Assembly: GCA_023229865.1 (NCBI GenBank)
Contig: JALNYL010000004.1
Coordinates: forward strand, 17,773 to 81,772
Source of the DNA: Minisyncoccota bacterium
GTDB lineage: Bacteria > Patescibacteriota > Minisyncoccia > Phycocordibacterales > UBA1550
Reading direction: 5' to 3'
DNA: 64,000 nt
The notes beneath the pieces were generated by a model, which was not told the DNA's origin, made no database searches, and was given only the letters and a program-made list of their open reading frames with translations. Within the stretch, counting starts at the first letter, position 1, and the number at the start of each line of letters is the position of its first letter. Below, in pieces: positions 19,992 through 29,716 of this stretch. Both the position numbers and the translations under genes were made by a program.

Positions 19992-21026
19992 ATGCCCATC
20001 GCAAAAGGAGACAACCCCGTAAACATCAACAATCGCCGCGTCATCAACGGTAAAGACGCTGACGTTATTCAGCTCTACCCCATGAAGCACACCTTCGCGT
20101 GGGATGCCTACACGGTGGGCAACGCAAACCACTGGCTCCCTACGGAGATTGGTATGCAAAAGGACATCGAGCAGTGGCGCTCAAAAGACATCCTCACCGA
20201 GGATGAGCGCAAGGCATTTGAGACCGTACTCGGCTTCTTTACGACCGCAGACTCCATCGCAGCCAACAACGTTGCCCTCGGCTTCTACAAGCACATCACG
20301 TCTCCTGAGTGCCGTATGTACATCCTCCGTCAGGCATACGAAGAGGCTATTCACACCCACGCATACCAGTACATCGTGGAGAGTCTCGCGATGGACGAGA
20401 GCAAGATCTTCAACATGTACCGTCAGGTAGACGCCATCTACAACAAGGACAACTTCGTTCTCTCTTTCAACGAAGGCATCTTCGACGACAACTTCAAGAC
20501 CGGCACCTTCGAGAACGACCAGAAGTTCCTCGAGAACATCGTTATTTTCTCGCTCATTATGGAAGGCATCTTCTTCTACTCATCGTTCGCCGTTATGTTT
20601 GGCTTCCAGCGTCAGGGCAAGCTCACGGGCGCCGCAGAGCAGATCCAGTACATTATGCGTGACGAGTCACAGCACTTAAACTTCGGTATTAACCTCATCA
20701 ACACGATTAAAGAGGAACAGCCAGAGCTCTGGACCCCCGAGTTCCAAGAGAAGATGATTGGCCACATCAAGCGTGCCGTAGGACTCGAGTACACCTTTGC
20801 GACGACCGTGTTCCCAAGAGGTATCTTCGGTATGAACGCCGATGGTTTCAAGCAGTACATCGAGCACATCGCAGATAGAAGACTTGAGGCAGTAGGTTTG
20901 CCAGTACAGTATGGTGTCGAGAACCCATTCCCGTGGATGTCAGAGGCGATAGACTTGAGTAAGGAGAAGAATTTCTTTGAGACGAGGGTTACCGAATATA
21001 AGACTGGCGGCGCCCTCGAATGGTAG
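19992..21026 (+). CDS. nrdB: Ribonucleoside-diphosphate reductase beta subunit (class Ia)
   Basis: Di-iron ligand motifs EEAIHTHAY and MRDESQH. FFYSSFA at the tyrosyl radical site. Confidence 0.9.
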   Translation: MPIAKGDNPVNINNRRVINGKDADVIQLYPMKHTFAWDAYTVGNANHWLPTEIGMQKDIEQWRSKDILTEDERKAFETVLGFFTTADSIAANNVALGFYKHITSPECRMYILRQAYEEAIHTHAYQYIVESLAMDESKIFNMYRQVDAIYNKDNFVLSFNEGIFDDNFKTGTFENDQKFLENIVIFSLIMEGIFFYSSFAVMFGFQRQGKLTGAAEQIQYIMRDESQHLNFGINLINTIKEEQPELWTPEFQEKMIGHIKRAVGLEYTFATTVFPRGIFGMNADGFKQYIEHIADRRLEAVGLPVQYGVENPFPWMSEAIDLSKEKNFFETRVTEYKTGGALEW

Positions 21027-21177
21027 TCGCTCTGGTCTTTTTATCGGATTTCGGCGTTGCAACCTCCGCTTGCTCCCGCGCAGTACTAGATGTACAGCTT
21101 GGTCACAATGCTCGGTTGCGCCTTGAACTCCAATAAAAATCCTCAGAGCTTGTGTGTGTCGGCTTTAAATACATAAA

Positions 21178-21222
21178 CAACCCCCTGCTTTTCAAAAAAG
21201 TGGGGGTTGTTTGCACCCTTTT
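21178..21222 (+). terminator. Rho-independent terminator after nrdB
   Basis: AACAACCCCC-tgcttttcaaaaaagt-GGGGGTTGTT followed by a T-run. Confidence 0.55.
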
Positions 21223-21270
21223 TCCAGTGTAATTGAGTGCAATCTTATAGATAGTTGCTATAATGTGTCT

Positions 21271-22155
21271 ATGTCATTTTCCGTCACCAAGTTCCTTAAG
21301 GGAATAAAAGAAATAAATTTTAAATATTCATCATTTAGAAAAAATGCCAATGATCACTTGTTGATTAATGGAAATTCTGCGGATGTCCTAAAATCCTTTC
21401 CAAATGAATGTATAGATTTAATTTTTACAGACCCTCCATATAATGCTGATCTTGAGTACGGCTCTACTTATAAAGATAATTTATCTTGGGATGAATATTA
21501 TAAACAAGCAAAGAGCTGGTTCAAAGAGTATAATAGAATTTTGAGCAAGACTGGTTCTGTCTACATAATGAATTATCCAGAGGTTAATGCCCGCTTGCTC
21601 CCTTATCTCACTGACGAACTTGGCTTTAAATTGCAGCGCTGGATTACTTGGCATTACCCCACTAATATTGGGCACTCAAAGAAGAATTTCACAAGAAGTC
21701 AGAGATCTATTCTATTTTTAACAAAAACAAATAATTATACTTTTAATAGAGACAAAATTATTCAACCATATAAAAATGAGAATGTAGGTAAGATTAAAGA
21801 AAGAATTAAAAATGGCTCACGCGGGAGGGGTGCTTATGACATGCTCTCATTTCTTGATTTGCTTGAGATGAGGATTGCGGAAAAAAACTTCAACCCTCTC
21901 GATGTGCATGATGTTAATTTGCTTAAAAATATTTCAAAAGATAGATTGAATGGGAAGCATCCTTGTCAGCTCCCTTTTGAATTAATTAAGCGCTTTATAG
22001 AAGTCAGCTCTAACCCTGGGGATGTTGTTTTGGATCCATTTGCTGGTACTTTCAGTACTTCTTTTGTCGCGTCTGATTTAAAAAGAGCTTCTGTCGGTAT
22101 AGAAATTAATCCAAAATATGTTAGTCTTGGCGTTAAACGAATTAAAAATGGCTAA
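21271..22155 (+). CDS. Site-specific DNA methyltransferase, beta class (N6-adenine or N4-cytosine), DPPY motif
   Basis: Motif IV FTDPPYN lies N-terminal and motif I VLDPFAGTFSTS C-terminal (beta permutation). Extended -10 TGCTATAAT at 21256-21264 lies 6 nt before the ATG at 21271. Markedly AT-rich relative to flanking genes. Confidence 0.8.
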   Translation: MSFSVTKFLKGIKEINFKYSSFRKNANDHLLINGNSADVLKSFPNECIDLIFTDPPYNADLEYGSTYKDNLSWDEYYKQAKSWFKEYNRILSKTGSVYIMNYPEVNARLLPYLTDELGFKLQRWITWHYPTNIGHSKKNFTRSQRSILFLTKTNNYTFNRDKIIQPYKNENVGKIKERIKNGSRGRGAYDMLSFLDLLEMRIAEKNFNPLDVHDVNLLKNISKDRLNGKHPCQLPFELIKRFIEVSSNPGDVVLDPFAGTFSTSFVASDLKRASVGIEINPKYVSLGVKRIKNG

Positions 22156-23833
22156 GCAAACGGAACAACAAAAAAAAGAAAAACGACTCAGTAAGAATGT
22201 CTCAAGCACATTTAATAATGCGGGCTTTACTTGTGTGGGCAAAACTAAAGATATTGAAGTCATTGTTGACGGGCAAAAGTCGGATTTTGATAATATTTTT
22301 TATTACGAAAACAATATTATTTTTATAGAGGAGACAACAAATAGTACTTCAGAGCATGTTAGAAAAAAGTATGAATTTTATATGACATGCTGTAATAATA
22401 AAAATTTATTTTTAAATGAACTTAAAAGTAAATTTCCTGGAATTCGTAAGATTGTCACTCAGCACACTCCTTCTGAATTAAATTTTATATATGTTTATAC
22501 GTCATTAAATTCTGTTGATTGTAAATACCAAACAAGATACAAGGAAATATTTTTTTGGGACATAAAACAACTACTATATTTTTTGACCCTGTCTTCTATT
22601 ATTCAGAAAACATCAAAATATGAAATATTTACTGCCCTAGGGATACCTTTGGGGCAACAAATCAGTACCTCTACTTCTCGTGCGGGGTATGATGCAATGA
22701 TACTGCCACAAGTAGCCAGTGGTTTCCCAGATGGGTATCAAATATTCTCATTTTTTATTGATCCAGAAAATTTACTTCAGCAAGCATATGTCCTAAGAAA
22801 ATATGCCTGGTTAGACGCCGATCATTTATATCAAAGGATTTTAGTGAAAAATAAGATAAATGAAATGAGGGGGTACTTAGTTAACGAGAATAGAACATTT
22901 TTGAATAATATTATAGCCACTCTTCCAGATGACGTAAAAATAGATGATGACAAGGGTCACACCATAGCGGATGCAAGTAAATTGCGTGCTGGAGACAGAG
23001 TAAAAATACATATACCAGTTAACTCAAACAACATAGGAATTATTGATGGTCAGCATAGAATATTTGCTTATCACGAAGGTGATGATGTTCATGAGGCTAA
23101 GATATCTAAAATTAGATCAAAAAGACATCTTTTAATTACCGCAATATTATATCCGACGGGGATATCTCAAAAAGATAAGGAAGCCTTTGAGGCAAAGCTT
23201 TTTTTGGAAATAAATGACAAACAAACACCAATTAAGTCATCACTTAAACATGTAATATATACTGTAGTTGATCCATTTTCAGATATAGCTATTTCTAAAA
23301 GAATAGTACAGGAGCTATCAAAAAATGCTCCAATGAATGAAGTATTTGAAACAAATTATTTTGATAAAGGCAAACTTAGCACGACTTCAATCGTTAGTTA
23401 TGGAATAAAATATTTAGCAAAACTTGATGGTACAGACAGTCTTTTTTGTCTTTGGACAAACCCCAAAAAGGATGATTTAAAAAAGAGAAAGAGCCACAAG
23501 TTGCTGGATGCATATATTTCATTTAGTGCTACTCAGTTATCAATATTTTTGAGCGGTTTTAAGAGTGGTATTAATAAAGCAATGTGGACTCATGATCAAA
23601 AAATTAGCAAAGTTTTGACAGCGACTTCTATAAATGGGTTGATTCATTGCTTGAGATTACTTATACAAAATGGTAAGACAGGTGATTTTTTGTACTACAA
23701 TAAAAAGTTCAAGAATATAGAAAAAATAATTAATTTTTCGCCAGGGCAAAATGCAAAAGGAGAGGATTATTTCCCTTATAAATCTAGTCACTGGAAGGCC
23801 TTAGGAGAAGAAATCTACAATAAGTGCTTCTAA
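22148..23833 (+). CDS. DGQHR domain-containing protein (DndB/ParB-like nuclease superfamily) with extra N-terminal domain
   Basis: Literal DGQHR motif (NIGIIDGQHRIFAYH) embedded in a DndB-like region. Start ATG at 22148 overlaps the MTase stop (ATGGCTAA), indicating translational coupling. AT-rich, 561 aa. Confidence 0.7.
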   Translation: MAKQTEQQKKEKRLSKNVSSTFNNAGFTCVGKTKDIEVIVDGQKSDFDNIFYYENNIIFIEETTNSTSEHVRKKYEFYMTCCNNKNLFLNELKSKFPGIRKIVTQHTPSELNFIYVYTSLNSVDCKYQTRYKEIFFWDIKQLLYFLTLSSIIQKTSKYEIFTALGIPLGQQISTSTSRAGYDAMILPQVASGFPDGYQIFSFFIDPENLLQQAYVLRKYAWLDADHLYQRILVKNKINEMRGYLVNENRTFLNNIIATLPDDVKIDDDKGHTIADASKLRAGDRVKIHIPVNSNNIGIIDGQHRIFAYHEGDDVHEAKISKIRSKRHLLITAILYPTGISQKDKEAFEAKLFLEINDKQTPIKSSLKHVIYTVVDPFSDIAISKRIVQELSKNAPMNEVFETNYFDKGKLSTTSIVSYGIKYLAKLDGTDSLFCLWTNPKKDDLKKRKSHKLLDAYISFSATQLSIFLSGFKSGINKAMWTHDQKISKVLTATSINGLIHCLRLLIQNGKTGDFLYYNKKFKNIEKIINFSPGQNAKGEDYFPYKSSHWKALGEEIYNKCF

Positions 23834-23917
23834 AAGGAAATGGGGACAGCCACGGTTCAAAGAAAAAGGGACACCATTCTTTCGTAAATTGTGTGATGCA
23901 ATGTAACCCCAAAAATC

Positions 23918-23946
23918 CTGAATCAGCAGATTCACGTCTTGGACGA
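23918..23946 (+). repeat. 29-bp palindrome-containing repeat, copy 1 (CTGAATCAGCAGATTCACGTCTTGGACGA)
   Basis: Exact or near-exact copies at 25529-25557 and 49655-49683. Contains TGAATC-AGCA-GATTCA and CGTC-TTG-GACG inverted repeats. Confidence 0.7.
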
Positions 23947-24125
23947 AATCGTCGTTCTCTACCTCTCAACCATTCAACCCCTCAATCTTTTCATTCCAAC
24001 AATTATTTGCTATCGCAGATAATTGTTGGAATTGGTTTTGCCTACTTTTCGTTTTTGAAACAAGGGGGCGCACTGTCTGCAAAAGGAAAAACAGCTGCCC
24101 ACTTGGGACAGCTGTTCTGAGGCTT

Positions 24126-24365
24126 TTAAAGTTTATTCAAAGCAGAGACATTAGAATCAAGCTTCGAGGCGACCGCCAGTTGTAAAACTGCAACTTTGGC
24201 GGGAATATCCTTTGCCACCAATCGCATCTTTGCCCCCGAGTGTGCTTCGACTAATTGAAGCACGTTGTTGGGGTAAGCGCTTTCGCACTTGTGACACGCA
24301 GTATTTTGGGGGTTATCAATCACGTGCCCCCCACAACTTGGACAAGACAAACCTGCGATAATCAT
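24126..24365 (-). CDS. Small zinc-ribbon protein (CPSCGG...CHKC), hypothetical
   Basis: SD GGAGGA 6 nt upstream of the ATG at 24365. A hairpin terminator lies downstream at about 24085-24115. Confidence 0.4.
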   Translation of the reverse strand: MIIAGLSCPSCGGHVIDNPQNTACHKCESAYPNNVLQLVEAHSGAKMRLVAKDIPAKVAVLQLAVASKLDSNVSALNKL

Positions 24366-24506
24366 ATGGATTCCTCCGTTTGGTGATTGAGAACAAGTAT
24401 CCTAATTAGTAAACTACTCTTTTGGAGGAATGAAGTCAAATTATAGAAATAATCTACAGACAGGGGTATAATACTTGTATATCAGCGAGCAATAATTATT
24501 AATAAT

Positions 24507-25229
24507 ATGTTCAATCTTGAAAACAAGGCGGCGAGGACGATTGGGAGTGCGCTCATTTTGAGCGCGGCGGTGTTTGGTGCGTTTTACTACAATGCACAGT
24601 CAGTATCACAGAGCGACGTGCTCTCGGTGACAGGCTCAACCAAGGAGACGGTTGATGCGGATCAGGCAAAGCTCATTATCTCGCTTTTGCGCACAGTTTC
24701 TCAGGGCTCACTTTCTTCGGGCAACATCTCTATTGCGCGCGATCGTGGCATCGTGCGCGCCCTCCTCGCAAAGCATGAAGTTGCTGAGACTGAAATCAGT
24801 GAAGGCCCCGTATCTATGAATCAAATGTATTCAAACGACCAAGCGACAAATCCCCACTACGAACTCCGTCAAACAATCATTGTGCAATCAGCAGACATTC
24901 AAAAGGTTACCAATATCGCCAAGGTAGTACCCGACCTCACAGCGCAGGGCGCGATTGTTTCTGTGGGCTCTCTCGAATACTACTACTCGAAACTCCCCGA
25001 GAAGCGCGTGGCTCTTTTGTCTGGCGCTATTAAAGATGCTCAAGCTCGCGCTCAGATGATTGCCGAGAGTACGGGTCGCAAGGTGGGCAACATCCGCTCG
25101 GCATCAAGTGGGGTAGTACAGGTGCTTCCGATAAACTCTATCGAAGTCTCTGATTACGGCTCATACGACACCTCAAGTATTAAAAAGGACATCATGGTGA
25201 CGGTAAAAGCATCGTTTAGTTTGAAATAA
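24507..25229 (+). CDS. SIMPL/DUF541-family periplasmic protein (YggE-like)
   Basis: N-terminal TM/signal and a domain pattern resembling SIMPL (VLSVTGSTKETVDADQAKLIISL...). Confidence 0.5.
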   Translation: MFNLENKAARTIGSALILSAAVFGAFYYNAQSVSQSDVLSVTGSTKETVDADQAKLIISLLRTVSQGSLSSGNISIARDRGIVRALLAKHEVAETEISEGPVSMNQMYSNDQATNPHYELRQTIIVQSADIQKVTNIAKVVPDLTAQGAIVSVGSLEYYYSKLPEKRVALLSGAIKDAQARAQMIAESTGRKVGNIRSASSGVVQVLPINSIEVSDYGSYDTSSIKKDIMVTVKASFSLK

Positions 25230-25246
25230 TCACCAAAAACCAAAAT

Positions 25247-25295
25247 AACTAAAACAGCGCAATAGGAAGCGATAGCTTCCTATTGCGCTGTTTTA
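25247..25295 (+). terminator. Long perfect hairpin terminator
   Basis: AAAACAGCGCAATAGGAAGC-gata-GCTTCCTATTGCGCTGTTTT. Confidence 0.6.
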
Positions 25296-25372
25296 GTTTT
25301 CACTACTTTACTTTCTGCAAAGGAGTATAATGTTTACATATCAGCGTGCGGTAATTTATTTATTAACTACAC

Positions 25373-26161
25373 ATGTTTAATCTACAAGGAAGGGTTGCTT
25401 TAGTTACGGGTGGTCGTCGCGGGATGGGCAAGGCTCATGCTCTTGCGCTTGCGAAGCAGGGGGCAAAGGTTGTCATCACCGACATCAACGTCAATGAGTG
25501 TGAGCTTGTTGCGGACGAGATCCGTGCGGCTGAATCAGCAGATTCACGTCCTGGACGAGAACTAGATGTCTCATGTTTCAATATGGACGTGTCGAACAAA
25601 GTCGATGTGGATGCGGTGTTTGATCAGGTTGTTGAGAAGTACGGTCGTCTCGACATTCTCGTGAACAACGCAGGTATCTATGAGTCGCATCCATTCCTGG
25701 AGCTCACCGAAGAGCAGTGGGACCGCACCATCAGTATCAATTTGAAGGGAGAGTTCCTCGTCGCTCAACGTGCCGCAAAAGAGATGGCGAAGAATAAGTA
25801 CGGTCGCATCATCAATATCGCATCTATCGCAAGTGGCGGGGTGGGTGTTGGTATTGCAGGTGGTGCACACTACACCGCATCAAAGGGTGGCATCATCGCC
25901 CTCACGGAGACGATGGCTATCGAGCTCGCGCCTCTCGGTATTAATGTAAATGCTATTGGCCCCGGCGCTATCAATACTCCTATGGCAGATGCAACAAAAA
26001 TGCCAAAAGAATATATGGATGCAATCCTCGCAGGGGTCCCACTCAAGCGCATGGGTGAATCAAACGAAGTTGCGGCGGCAGTTGTCTTCCTCGCATCCGA
26101 AGAAGCAAGCTACGTGACGGGCGCAACGCTCTACGTCGATGGTGGCTGGCTCGCAGCGTAG
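25373..26161 (+). CDS. SDR-family oxidoreductase (FabG-like) carrying an in-frame copy of the 29-bp repeat
   Basis: TGGRRGMGKAHALALAKQGAKVVI (TGxxxGxG), NNAG and YTASKGG (YxxxK). Repeat copy 2 at 25529-25557 encodes AESADSRPGRE within the coenzyme-binding region. Confidence 0.85.
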   Translation: MFNLQGRVALVTGGRRGMGKAHALALAKQGAKVVITDINVNECELVADEIRAAESADSRPGRELDVSCFNMDVSNKVDVDAVFDQVVEKYGRLDILVNNAGIYESHPFLELTEEQWDRTISINLKGEFLVAQRAAKEMAKNKYGRIINIASIASGGVGVGIAGGAHYTASKGGIIALTETMAIELAPLGINVNAIGPGAINTPMADATKMPKEYMDAILAGVPLKRMGESNEVAAAVVFLASEEASYVTGATLYVDGGWLAA

Positions 26162-26305
26162 GCCACAAAAAACAAACAGGGCGCGACCAAAGGTCGCGCC
26201 CTGTTTTGTTTTTGTAGACAATCCCGTCAGGGTGTGATAGTTTTCTCTCTGGCGTCAAAAGTTTAAAGCTTTTGATTTTTAGTACGTTACATGGAGAAAG
26301 TATAT

Positions 26306-26806
26306 ATGGCAAAGGTAATTTCGTATTCTGTGAATGTTCCGACCCCCGCCTCGGCGCTTGAAAAGGCCATAATGATGATCGATCCCAGTATCGCGCATCG
26401 GGTGTGTGGCTTCCGAATCGTCAAAGGCTCACGTAATGACAAAAGTGGGATGACGGTGAGCTTCTTTATTGAGAAGCCTGAAGATCTCGAACTCATCTCA
26501 AAATCATGGGACTTTGATACGGTTTCTTTTGAAGGTCAGTATGTCTTGAACATATTCCTTCGCTTCAAATCAAATCACTTCTTGAATGAAGCTCCCGACA
26601 TCAATGGCTTTATGCTCGAATGGTCGGCGGCATTGACGAAGTGGGTAAGTGTCCAGAGCGTCAATGTTTACCAAGCGCTCCTGTTTCACCCCGTTCGGTC
26701 AGTGGAATGTCTCATCGACGAAGAGGGGGAAGTGAAGATGCGAGTAAAGCTCGCACTCAAGGAAAAGATTCATCCCACGCTGTGGAATCTCCAAATAGTG
26801 TCATAA
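26306..26806 (+). CDS. Hypothetical protein
   Basis: SD GGAGAAAG 7 nt before the ATG at 26306. Followed by hairpin GCAGCCAATTGG-ttttta-CCAATTGGCTGC. Confidence 0.35.
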   Translation: MAKVISYSVNVPTPASALEKAIMMIDPSIAHRVCGFRIVKGSRNDKSGMTVSFFIEKPEDLELISKSWDFDTVSFEGQYVLNIFLRFKSNHFLNEAPDINGFMLEWSAALTKWVSVQSVNVYQALLFHPVRSVECLIDEEGEVKMRVKLALKEKIHPTLWNLQIVS

Positions 26807-26915
26807 AAAGGCGCAGCCAATTGGTTTTTACCAATTGGCTGCTTTGTTTTTTCGTGCAACAATTTGGCGTTTTGGTCAAAATAATGTATGGTAGGGGAAC
26901 TAAATATCATTATAT

Positions 26916-28388
26916 ATGGCAAAAGGCGACGTAATAATCCGTTTCGAAGATGTCTCGTTTGAGTACGGGCACAACAAACCTATTCTTGAGGAGGTTTCTT
27001 TCCCTATTCGTCAGGGCTCAAAGCTCACCCTTATGGGCCAAAACGGCGCAGGGAAGTCATCACTCTTTGGGCTCATTATGGAGACCAACAAACCAACCGA
27101 TGGCGATATTCATATCGTGCGCGGTACTTCTGTGGCTATTTCTCGCCAGGTGATTCCTCGTGACCAGCTCGACCTCACGGTTCGTGAATTTTTTGAAAAG
27201 TGTTTCGCGAAGAAGATGTACGACATCGATCCAAAGATTGATGAAGTGCTTGAGGTGGTAAATTTGAAGGGACACGAAAAGCTCCACGACCGTATTGTGA
27301 AGTCATTTTCTGGTGGACAGCAAGCACGCCTCCTTCTCGCATCAGCACTCATTCAGGATCCCGACGTACTTCTTCTCGACGAACCAACCAACAACCTCGA
27401 CAAGGCAGGCATCGCGCACCTCACCAAGTTCCTTCAGGAATACAAAAAAACGGTCATCGTCATTTCTCACGATGCAGAATTCTTGAACCTGTTTACCGAA
27501 GGCGTGCTCTATCTCAATGTGTACACGCGCAAAGTTGAGCAGTATGTGGGCAACTATTTCGACGTGGTAAAGCAGATCACGGCGCAGATCGAAAAGGAGA
27601 ATATGAAGAACGCTCAGCTCGCAAAAGAGATTCAGGCCAATAAGGACAAGGCAAACTTCTTTGCAATGAAGGGAGGACAGATGCGTATGGTGGCAAAGCG
27701 TATGCGTGAGAAGGCAGAGGAAATGGAAGAGGCGAAAGTTGATATCCGCAAGGAAGACAAAACGATTCGTCCCTTCACTATCCCTGCACAACCAGAAATC
27801 ACGGGAGCCATCCTCGAGCTTTCTTCATACACTGTGCTCAAAAACCACAAGCCCGTAGAGTGTACAACCAAGATTTCTCTCAAGCGCAAGCACCACCTCC
27901 TCCTTCAGGGGCCAAACGGCATCGGCAAATCGACACTCCTTGAGTCTATTGCAGCAGGCAAGGTGAAGGATATGAAGATTGCTGAGGGTATTCGCGTAGG
28001 ATACTACCGTCAGGATTTTTCAACACTTGATTTCAATGACACCGTGTATCAGTCGCTCGCTCGCGCAGCGCAGGCCGTCGACGGCAGACTTGATGAGGAA
28101 CGTATGCGCGCAACCGCAGCAAGCTTCCTTATTACCAGTGATATTATCTATACCAAAATCGGCAGTCTTTCAGAAGGGCAGAAGGGTCTTGTGGCATTTG
28201 CTCAGCTCGTTCTCGAGAAACCAGGCCTCCTCATTCTCGACGAGCCGACCAACCACATCAACTTCCGTCATTTGCCCGTCATAGCAAAGGCGCTCGACCA
28301 ATACGAAGGCGCGATGATTCTCGTTTCTCACGTCCCCGAGTTTGTCCACCAGATTCGCATCGACGAGGTGCTCGATTTGGAGAAGTAG
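26916..28388 (+). CDS. ABC-F family ATPase (two tandem NBDs, no TMD), translation-associated
   Basis: Two Walker A motifs (GQNGAGKSS; GPNGIGKST), two signature motifs (FSGGQQARLLLA; LSEGQKGLVAFA) and two Walker B motifs. Confidence 0.8.
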   Translation: MAKGDVIIRFEDVSFEYGHNKPILEEVSFPIRQGSKLTLMGQNGAGKSSLFGLIMETNKPTDGDIHIVRGTSVAISRQVIPRDQLDLTVREFFEKCFAKKMYDIDPKIDEVLEVVNLKGHEKLHDRIVKSFSGGQQARLLLASALIQDPDVLLLDEPTNNLDKAGIAHLTKFLQEYKKTVIVISHDAEFLNLFTEGVLYLNVYTRKVEQYVGNYFDVVKQITAQIEKENMKNAQLAKEIQANKDKANFFAMKGGQMRMVAKRMREKAEEMEEAKVDIRKEDKTIRPFTIPAQPEITGAILELSSYTVLKNHKPVECTTKISLKRKHHLLLQGPNGIGKSTLLESIAAGKVKDMKIAEGIRVGYYRQDFSTLDFNDTVYQSLARAAQAVDGRLDEERMRATAASFLITSDIIYTKIGSLSEGQKGLVAFAQLVLEKPGLLILDEPTNHINFRHLPVIAKALDQYEGAMILVSHVPEFVHQIRIDEVLDLEK

Positions 28389-28402
28389 GGTATACTGTAG
28401 GG

Positions 28403-28714
28403 ATGGAAAACTTTGGATTTAAAATTATTGAGTCGGAGAAGTCACGCGATATGCGTCCCGAAATCGCAGAGATTGCGACACAACTTGAGGCCTCAGAGGA
28501 CAATTACTCAAACGCTCTCACTGACCTGGAGTCAGAGGACAAGGGTGTCCGTGAAGAAGCGATGATATATCTCGGTCGTCAGGAGGAATATTTAATAAAC
28601 GCTGCCGATACATTTGTACGCATCGGATTTGATACTCCCGAGGAGCGTGATACCGAGAGTGCTGTACGTGCTCGCCTCGGTATTATTTTGGAAAAACTTA
28701 GTACTCTCGAATAG
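28403..28714 (+). CDS. Acidic hypothetical protein
   Basis: TATACT box at 28391-28396 lies 6 nt before the ATG (leaderless pattern). Confidence 0.35.
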   Translation: MENFGFKIIESEKSRDMRPEIAEIATQLEASEDNYSNALTDLESEDKGVREEAMIYLGRQEEYLINAADTFVRIGFDTPEERDTESAVRARLGIILEKLSTLE

Positions 28715-28808
28715 CGATTACAATATTTTCACGAACAAAAACTCGCTGGTAATACCTGCGAGTTTTTGCTAGTCTCAAGGGAGATAATTCTTTATAGAGG
28801 AGAAGGTT

Positions 28809-29660
28809 ATGAATTCATTGTTTCCACTTACGCACGGTGAGTCGTTGCCCGAGGTATATCATCTCAGTTTCAATGGTACCCACTTTGAGGTCTTTGTGAG
28901 TCAGGCATATTGGGAAAAGTTTGTGAAGTTTGCCAGCGAAACGCAATTCCCCAAGAACATGGGACCGACATATGTTCCGCCGTCTATGATCAAGCCAACG
29001 TTTGGCTTCCATGGTTGCGCAGAAATAACGCAGACCTTTGACGGACTTACTTGCCTCAAGGTTCCTGCTCTCTTGGTCCCTAATGATGAGGAGAACCCCG
29101 CAAACAACATGCGCGCATTTGGAGAAACACTTTCGAGTATCTTCATTATTCTGAATCATTTGATTTACAATTCTTTTGAAGAAAAAGAGATCTGTAACTC
29201 AGGGGACCTTCCGCAGTTGTTTGCGCTCGAGACGTTCATAAGTCACGAAGCAAGATTTCATGGAGCGGGATTTTCATTTTCGATTTCACATCGAGCACTA
29301 AAATATCTCGAGGCTCTCGGTATACGTCATCTTCCTCGAGCGATTGAGTCTATGGAACATCATTTCTTTGCTCAGTCGCGTCGCGACGACGATGATGATG
29401 ATAATAATAATAACAGGCGATTATTCCGTGGTTCTATGGAATGTCGCTTGCGGGAGTATGGGACACTTCATATGCACACCGTAGGCAACTGTGCGTGTCT
29501 TGGTGTTATGCCACGGGACTTTGGTCGTGACGGCTGCGGACTTTCGACACACAATGTAGACACGATCTCTCAGCAGTTCAATCTGCTTGTGGGTATCTCT
29601 TACGTCTGGCAGATGGTGCGTGAAGGGATTCACACGGGAGAGCCACCAAGTCTTGATTGA
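28809..29660 (+). CDS. Hypothetical protein (tandem paralog 1) with poly-Asp/Asn tract
   Basis: SD GAGGAGAAGG. Conserved blocks EVYHLSFNGTHFEV, MGPTYVPPS and QQFNLLVGISYVWQMVREGI are shared with the next gene. Internal (GAT)n(AAT)n tract. A hairpin terminator follows. Confidence 0.5.
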   Translation: MNSLFPLTHGESLPEVYHLSFNGTHFEVFVSQAYWEKFVKFASETQFPKNMGPTYVPPSMIKPTFGFHGCAEITQTFDGLTCLKVPALLVPNDEENPANNMRAFGETLSSIFIILNHLIYNSFEEKEICNSGDLPQLFALETFISHEARFHGAGFSFSISHRALKYLEALGIRHLPRAIESMEHHFFAQSRRDDDDDDNNNNRRLFRGSMECRLREYGTLHMHTVGNCACLGVMPRDFGRDGCGLSTHNVDTISQQFNLLVGISYVWQMVREGIHTGEPPSLD

Positions 29661-29716
29661 GGTAATATTCAAACCGCGCGCGAGTAAGTCTCGCTCGCGG
29701 TTTTTGTTTTGGCAGC

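Noticed and set aside
23824-24120. 98-aa ORF downstream of the DGQHR gene
   Set aside because: It has no SD, overlaps a copy of the 29-bp repeat and a convergent terminator, and has His/Asn/Ser-rich low-complexity sequence. It is more likely intergenic.
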